Shown here in pieces: positions 55,352 to 64,000 of a stretch of DNA of 64,000 nt. The first letter of the stretch is position 1. Every line of letters begins with the position of its first letter. The notes beneath the pieces were generated by a model. It saw only the letters and a list, made by a program, of their open reading frames with translations, did no database searches and was not told the origin of the DNA. Position numbers and translations under genes: made by a program. This stretch comes from Octopus vulgaris (lineage: Eukaryota), in assembly GCA_951406725.2 (NCBI GenBank), contig OX597841.1, positions 310,001 to 374,000 of the forward strand, in the 5' to 3' direction.

Positions 55352-55430
55352 CTGAAATGATAATAATAATAATAATAATAATCACAACAACAACAACTAC
55401 AACCTCACCACCACCACCACCACCACCACC

Positions 55431-55462
<32 letters not shown>

Positions 55463-55489
55463 CAACAACAATAATAATAATAAGAAGAA

Positions 55490-57800
55490 TAAAACCCAGA
55501 GCAAATACCTGCTTGGTTGACTGAAGGAACCACCTACCTATTACCTAAAACCGAAGACACAAAAAACCCAAAGAATTACCGGCCAATAACATGTCTCAAC
55601 ACTACCTACAAAATCCTCACATCCATAATAACGGAGAGAATGTACGCTTTCCTTGAAGAAAACCCTATCCTTCCACAAGCTCAAAAAGGTTGTAAAAGAA
55701 ACTCTTATGGGTGCAAAGACCAATTGCTCATAAACAGAATGATTGTAGAGAATTGCCGGAGCAAAAACAAAAACCTGAGTATGGCATGGATAGACTACAG
55801 GAAAGCGTTTGACAGTGTCCCACATAAATGGATACTCAAGGCTCTTGTCGTCTCAAAACTCTTACAGAATAGCATGACCATGTGGAACACAAGTCTCTTT
55901 CTAAGCCATAGTAATGGGATGAGCCAGTCCAACAGCATCAACACCAAACGAGGCATCTTTCAAGGTGACTCCCTCTCACCATTACTTTTTTGCATGGCAC
56001 TGAGCCCACTCTCAAACGAATTGGATAGTACCAGATATGGATACAAAGTTTTTAGTAAGTCAATAAACCACCTTTTCTATATGGACGACCTAAAGCTGTT
56101 TGCCAGGAAGGACCAAGAGCTAGAAGGGCTGCTAACAACTGTTAAAGAGTTTAACAATGATATCGGAACGATTTTGGCCTTGAGAAGTGTGCTAAAGCAA
56201 CTTTTGTAAGAGGCAAGCTCAGGCAAACAGCTTCTGTTAAATTAGATATTGACACTACCATCAAGGAACTTGACCCACAAGAAAGTTACAAATACCTAGG
56301 AATCAACGAAGGAGATGGTATACATAATGCTACTATGAAGGAAAAAATAAGAAAGGAATACTATAGGAGAATAAGGCTTGTACTGAAGACTGAACTCAAC
56401 TCCAAAAATTGCATTGAGGCCATTAACACCCTGGCACTTCCAGTAGTCCAGTACAGTTTTAACATCATTAACTGGAACCTTACGGAACTCCAACGCTTGG
56501 ACAGGAAAACAAGAAAATTACTGACATCCAAGAACATGCACCACCCTAAAGCAGATGTAGACCGCCTGTATCTACCTAGAAGCAGCGGGGGAGAGGAATG
56601 ATGCAATTAGAGCTGTGCTATAAGACCTCCACTGTAGGAATGAACAGGTACCTATCTAGTACAAAGGAATGGATACTGCGACTTGTGTGCGAACACGAAA
56701 GCAGCAAAAAGCTGCATTCTATTGTCAAGGAAGCTTATTAGTTCGAAAGGGAACTAGACATTAACCTTGAATCAGATGAAGAGCCGGAAACCACTGCTAC
56801 CAAGCAAGCAAAGCGAATCAAGCAGACTGCCAGAAAGAACGGGCAGAATCAAAGTGAGAGGCGGTGGAGCCAGAAACCCCTGCATGGACAATATATTCTC
56901 CGAAGCCAAAATGCTGATGTAGACCAAGCAACAACCCATCAGTGGCTGAAGAGCACAGGATTGAAAGCAGAGACTGAAGGTTTCATAATGGCAGCACAAG
57001 ATCAAAGCTTGTTTACCAGAAATTACCAGGCTAACGTTCTCCGAAACGGTACTGATCCTAAATGCAGATTCTGCAACACATTTGACGAAACAATAGACCA
57101 TCTCGTTTCGGGATGTCCTGTGCTGACGCCAAACGAATATAAAAATCGCCACGATAGGGTAGGACAGTATATACATTGGAAGATATGTAAACACTCCAAA
57201 TTCGGCACTCCTGTTAACTGGTATGAACATCATCCTCAGCCAGTTGTTGAAAGCAAAAATGCCACCATCCTCTGGGATTTTCCAGTCAAAACTGACAGAA
57301 CGATCAAGGCTAATCGACCAGACATAATTGTTAAAGACAGGGGATTAAATACCTGCAGACTAATAGAGGTAAGCGTACCCACTGATAAAAATATATCTGT
57401 AAAGGAATTTGACAAACTTAGTAAATATAAGGACCTGGAAAACGAAATACAAAAGATGTGGATTCTTAAAACAAAAAACTGTTCCTGTTATTGTAGGTGC
57501 CCTAGGTATGATAAAAAAGGGATGTCAGAAACACCTAGACAATATCACTGGACTACCATGTCTCAAGAAAATCCAAAAGATTGTGCTAACACGTACTGCC
57601 CACATCCTTAGAAAAACCCTATCAATGTAAATGTTTGTGTTGTATTACATGGAGATATTTCTCTACTTCCCCTCCCCAAGCTTTCAGCTATATTTCAACA
57701 ACTCTTAACCTTCACTTGCCCTAGGGCGCTGGGTGTGCCCCGGCAAGTGTTTGCATCAAACATGCAGATTAAAAGTAAATGACAATAATAATAATAATAA
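55490..57800 (+). mobile_element. 5'-truncated R4/Dong-like non-LTR retrotransposon in gene D intron 1
   Basis: RT motifs NYRPITCL, WIDYRKAFDSV, GIFQGDSLSP, YMDD; CRFC..ETIDHLVSGC zinc motif; NRPDII..KLSKYKDL endonuclease; frameshifts; flanked by (AAT)n. Confidence 0.92.
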
Positions 57801-57870
57801 TACTGGTACTTTGATCTGACCGAACGATGTAAAAATAAGTCAACAGTAATAATAAAGAAGATTCACTTAC

Positions 57871-58201
57871 TTCTATAGAAGGAAATCTCGTTGGTGTCAC
57901 TCGTGCTGACGGCTTTCACTATAGCTTTCGGTGAGTAATTCTTACAAACACGGCTGACTTTGTTGTAAGTAAAGAATTCTGATTGGCTGTTTAGAGCATA
58001 GAAGGCACATTCCGGTAGACTTGATACGATGGGGAATTGTTCTGTTGGAGAGGTCCCAATATAATCATAGGAATAACCAGGTCTCAAACGTTTGTAGTAA
58101 GCTTCATCAAATTCTTGATCTGACGTAACAGCCTGGATGGTTGTAAGAGCTAACAGAAGCACTTCCATTGCAGCAGGACGGGTAAAAGGAAACAGGGACA
58201 T
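57871..58201 (-). CDS. Gene D exon 1: signal peptide + degenerate PAN/apple-like domain
   Basis: catag|agccaagaATG; MSLFPFTRPAAMEVLLLALTTIQAVTS...; GTAAGT donor; 331 nt. Confidence 0.85.
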
Positions 58202-58629
58202 TCTTGGCTCTATGATTGCCAGATGGAAAAAGAAGGGAGAAAGAAATGGCATGGAAAAGAGGAAGAATGAGGTGAGGAGTGATGTAAGGTGATTCAGCAA
58301 GGAGACAAGATGAATTTTAATTAATAAAGAGGGAATGGGGTATGAAGAAAGGGTCGCACAGCATGAAAGAGTAACAGAAAAATATCCTGCAAAAGAAGAG
58401 AGAGATACAATGAGAAAATGGAGAGTGTTTGTGTGTGAGTGGAAGAATGTTTGGAAGAGAAAACGAAAAAGAAGAAATTATAATTTAGAAACATAGGTCT
58501 TGGGAAGTCTTTTAAATTGCATTCAGTACGGGCCCCTAATTGGAAATTCCCAGGGTTTTAAAGAGTTTAGAATCGTCTCTCAACCAGTGTTGTTCCAAGG
58601 TCTTATCTGACCCGGAGACGAAGTACTCG

Positions 58630-59210
58630 TCAAGGTTCCAGCTATAGGTTAATTAGTAATTCAGTATAGAAGATTGGGCTCATTAGCCTGGGGGTGTTGG
58701 GTGGGGTGCAACCCATTTAGGAGAAAGGAAACTCTAATTCCCAACCTCCGAAACCTTGCAACAATACTAAACCAAGGGAAGGTGTTTGGGTCTAAACACT
58801 GAGGGAAAATCGGGCATGAAACACCCTGAGGCAGTTCGATGCTGTCTACCAGCTCACTCTCGCAACTCCTACGACGAGGCCGATAGGGAATTGCAACGCT
58901 TGTTGTTGTTCCTTTGGGTCCATCAATGATGCAAAGAGCAGGGACATATTGCATGGCAACAATCTCCATACCAATGTGCCCAGGGTTGGGTCAAATGGAA
59001 CTCTCTGTTCCATAGGGATAATCCCGAACATTACAGCGGAATGGAAGAACATTAAAACTCAAACACCATAGGTACAACCTACAAGTGTGACTTATGTGGC
59101 AGGTCCTGGCATTTGCGCATAGGACTATTCAAACACGGACAACACTTTCCCAGTTGGGTGGAAATCTAGGGCTTTCATTCATGGTCATTAATGAACGACA
59201 CAGACGGCAC
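58630..59210 (+). mobile_element. Possible RTE-type LINE 5' fragment
   Basis: GC-richer block starting where B/D homology stops; taggagaaaggaaactctaattcccaacc resembles RTE 5' leaders. Confidence 0.35.
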
Positions 59211-59334
59211 AATATAAGCGCAGGCACAGCAGTAAGATTAAGAAAGTCGCTTGGTAATCGAATGCCTCCTGGTTCAGTCAAAATGAGCGGCTATTTGGGA
59301 ATTTGGTAGACGGGAAGTGTGTGGAAGTACTTGC

Positions 59335-59437
<103 letters not shown>

Positions 59438-59438
59438 G

Positions 59439-59558
<120 letters not shown>

Positions 59559-59975
59559 GTCTGTCTATCTATCTATCTATCTATCTATCTATTTATCTGT
59601 CTATCTATCTATCTATCCACACACACACACACACACTACCACCCAGATATAAAAGCCAGTCAATATATACATTTTAGCCACTCCCTTGGCAGGAACAGAC
59701 AAATATTTCTTTTAGACAATAGATAACTACACCCCTTTTCTCTCTCTCTTTGAACCATATACCAATCTATATTTAAAGAAAATTTCAACGAAAGACCTCC
59801 AGACATATTTCTGTCCACCAGACAGATGAACTGTTTTTACTTCAGATTTTGATATATTTTAAGGATATTTGAAAAGATGAGATGCGATTCATCGATGCCG
59901 TCTTAAATTGAAATGTTACAGACTTACTTGTGTGGTATCTGCACCTCCTTTTCTTGTATATAGAAATTGGATTTG

Positions 59976-60006
<31 letters not shown>

Positions 60007-60371
60007 AGGTCCCGGGTTGATTCGGGGTTAACCACAGTAAATAAGGTACTCAATACATAGCAGAGTAAAATTAATTTATTATATAGAAGGAGCTTCTACA
60101 GGACTAGAATAGAACTGTTTCATTCAAGAGAAATCTTCAGGAAGCTAGTTAACAAGAATTGTATTGGCATTTATACATTTAGGCAGGTTTATAGGGGTGG
60201 TGGTGGGGGACTTTTTGGGGGTAGGCATAGCGCAAAAAAATCATACTTGGGGGAGTGGTCAAGGAGTCAGTGGTAAATTAGATAGAAGAATAAATAAAAG
60301 AATAAAAAAAGAATAAAAAAATATAAAATTATATAGAAGAATAGAGTTTTAGGTAAATAAGGAAATTCTCA

Positions 60372-60411
60372 ACACACACACATATACATACACACATACA
60401 TACACACACAC

Positions 60412-60464
<53 letters not shown>

Positions 60465-60732
60465 TATACATACATATATCTACATATATATATATATATA
60501 TATAAATATACATATACATATACATACATACACATATACATGCATATACATATACACACACACAAGTATATATACACACACACGACCACACATACACATA
60601 CACACAAAAACATATATACATACACACACATACACATACTCACATACACACACATATCCACATACACACATGCACACACAACACACAAGTCCCTATATAC
60701 TCATATATACATATACACATATATGTATGTAT

Positions 60733-60773
<41 letters not shown>

Positions 60774-61521
60774 CATATGTGTACCCATTCATACACATAT
60801 ATGTATGTATACACACACACACATACATATATATACACATACATACATACATATGTGTACCTATTCATACCTACACATACACATATATATACATACAATT
60901 ACAAACCCATTCCCTAATTTTAATGTTATTATGTATCTTCATTTATTACTTTTGTTATCTTTGACCGCTGGTCACAAACATCTTGGCTAGTCCCTTTTAT
61001 CTTTCTACTTGAGCACAAGCACTCACTCACGCACGCACACTCATTAGCACGCACACACACTCTCATTCGTACACTCATACACATACACGCACGCACGCGA
61101 TATATTCATACATACATACATCTACATACATACACGTATATACACATACATACGCGTACCTACAGATTCATGTCTACAATCTTAGAAGACTAGTCTATAC
61201 ATATACACCAAATATATATACACACATACATATACACCTACATACAAATACATACATACATATATATATATACACATATATATATATACATACACATATA
61301 CACATACACACATATACATATATATATATATACATATATATATAGACACATATATACATATATATACATATACATATATATATACACACATCCGCATACA
61401 TACATACATACACCTATACATACATACATATATACACACATACACACACCCACACGTATACATATACATACATATACGCGCATGCATACACATACAAATA
61501 CATACACATACACATATACAT

Positions 61522-61566
<45 letters not shown>

Positions 61567-61651
61567 CATACATATACATACATACATATACATATATACA
61601 CACACATACATACACATATACACATACACGCACATACACATATACATGCAT

Positions 61652-61704
<53 letters not shown>

Positions 61705-62240
61705 CATATACACACACACATACACATACACACATACACATATGTACACATACACACACATATTCACATATATATATATCTATATATATATATATATATA
61801 TATACATATATATACACACACATATATACATACACACACATATATACATACACACACATACATATATATATACATACACACACATATATATATATATACC
61901 CACACCTACACATACACACATATATATACATATATACATACATATACACACATACACACACACATATATGTACATACATACACATACACATACATATACA
62001 TATACATATACACATGCGCATACGTATAACTCTACATACCCACATATACATATATATATATATACACATATATATATATATATATACACACACATATATA
62101 TACACATACACATGTGCACACATACACACACATATATATACCCATCTACAATCTGTATATACACACACATACATGCACATACACATAACTCTACATACCT
62201 ACATATACATCGACATACTCGCGTACACTCATATATATAT
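60372..62240. repeat. Compound (CA)/(TA)/(CATA) low-complexity tract
   Basis: Directly visible; also (TA)n at 6142-6311 and 7627-8420, (CA)n at 11998-12107, (GATA)n at 45240-45470, (CTAT)n at 59336-59616. Confidence 0.95.
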
Positions 62241-62816
62241 ACAGAACCACCCAGCGAACTTCCAGCATGGGTCATCACAATTGCTTAAGGTAAAAATGAA
62301 TTCCTCGCTCTTTCGGAAACATCAATCTTCTGTATTGACCGCTTTCCACCACTTTGATCTGTTTTTTGTATTGAATACGTATCGCCACCGTGGGCCACTG
62401 CATCGAACACTTTGAACATATACTTCAAACTATATATCAACTATACATGAACTATATATCAACTATACATGAACTATATATCAACTATACATGAACTCTA
62501 AGATGTCTGACTCCGTTGTGTATTATAAATGAATTTCTTGTGTTTGACGGCATGAGCTGTCTCTTTTTATATATAACTTTTTTTGATAAGGTTCATTTCA
62601 GGAACTGAAACATGTTATAATGTATATATAAAAATTAAAAATTGTATAATACAGCAGCATTTTCGAACTTCATTTTTTACAAATATATATATATATATAC
62701 ACATACACATACATATACACACATATACATATATATATAAATAAATATATATATATATATATACACACGCACACATATACATATATATATACACACACAC
62801 ACACATACACATACAT

Positions 62817-62870
<54 letters not shown>

Positions 62871-62876
<6 letters not shown>

Positions 62877-63555
62877 GAAATATTAAAATAACTAAGTCTC
62901 TCTAAAAGAGAACAGCGGCAGCGTTCCCGGAAAATAATAGTTATCGCCATACTAATATGGCATTCTTATAAAAATAAGAAAAAAGCTGTCCGCTTATTAG
63001 CTCCATGAGGCCATCGCCTTAAGTTAGCTATTTGATACACAAACTGTATCCATATAACCTTCGAACAAGGGAGGTCAGTCGCTCCACACTACTTGACCGG
63101 CAGCTACAGACGCGTTTCGGAGTATTGCCCCTTTTCAATGCAGCGTAGCCAGCCAGTAGGTGTCGCTTCCGACAATCTCTGTTCGATGGTTTTATTTACC
63201 TAGTTTCGGTGGAATACATCCACTTGTTTTCAATAATAGAAATATTAAAATAACTAAGTCTCTCTAAAAGAGAACAGCGGCAGCGTTCCCGGAAAATAAT
63301 AGTTATCGCCATACTAATATGGCATTCTTATAAAAATAAGAAAAAAGCTGTCCGCTTATTAGCTCCATGAGGCCATCGCCTTAAGTTAGCTATTTGATAC
63401 ACAAACTGTATCCATATAACCTTGTTCGAAGGTTATATGGATACAGTTTGTGTATCAAATAGCTAACTTAAGGCGATGGCCTCATGGAGCTAATAAGCGG
63501 ACAGTTTTTTTCTTATTTTTATAAGAATGCCATATTAGTATGGCGATAACTATTA
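62871..63555. mobile_element. Penelope-like terminal repeat structure (direct + inverted)
   Basis: 62871-63061 is repeated directly at 63233-63423; 63421-63555 is the reverse complement of 62935-63069; degenerate hammerhead on the minus strand at 63103-63150; between (TA)n tracts. Confidence 0.7.
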
Positions 63556-63854
63556 TATATATATATATATATATATATCAACAATTGAGGGTAAAGTTAA
63601 TTAGTTATTAATCAATTTCACCAAGTATTCAGTATGTAAAAGGACCATTATTTTTTTGAGTAAACATTGTCTGAGAGAAAATTTTCTTTAAGTAGTGGAA
63701 AAGGCTAAAAAACTTATTTGGCTGCTATTTCTAGAAAGTTCAGTATGTGGCAAAGTAATTTATTTTACTAAGCCCTAATTATATAATATTTTATATATAC
63801 ATACACATACATACACACATACATATACACATACATATGCATACACACATATAT

Positions 63855-63895
<41 letters not shown>

Positions 63896-64000
63896 TATAT
63901 ATATATATTTTTTTACATACATACACACACACACACATAATACATGCGTATATTCCTACTATACCCATACATTTCTATACATATATACGATACACATATA

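Larger units (their letters stand above)
50636..58201 (-). pseudogene. Gene D: paralogue with a single in-frame TGA at codon 133 (possible pseudogene or truncated allele)
   Basis: Five exons with intact GT-AG sites and phases (331+179+164+158+50 nt); the only lesion seen is TGA at 55286-55284. Confidence 0.6.

Noticed and set aside
58202-58300. N-terminal extension of gene D in the ORF track
   Set aside because: It starts at a non-ATG codon upstream of the conserved acceptor; the homologous start is 58201.

Overview
Eukaryotic genomic DNA, very rich in microsatellites and SINEs. The SINE families and the (TA)n/(CATA)n density resemble octopus; this is an inference. The window holds four paralogues of one five-coding-exon gene that the ORF track only shows as fragments: A (-, exons 1-2 in window, rest off the left edge), B (-, 301 aa), C (+, 297 aa) and D (-, in-frame TGA at codon 133). 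Each encodes a signal peptide, a degenerate PAN/apple-like module and a ~185-aa Cys/Trp-rich domain I cannot name. Flanking homologies fit duplication of an A-B cassette followed by inversion of the C segment. Exons diverge faster than adjacent introns, and exon 4 appears mosaic. Gene B ends in a 7-unit 144/147-bp array in which the units carry an acceptor-like site, a stop and AATAAA. The rest is transposon debris: R4/Dong-like LINEs in intron 1 of all four genes, CR1-like LINEs, Penelope-like elements with several hammerhead ribozyme motifs, Tc1/mariner, a Helitron-like element, Gypsy remnants and tRNA-SINEs. All alignments and counts were done by eye.
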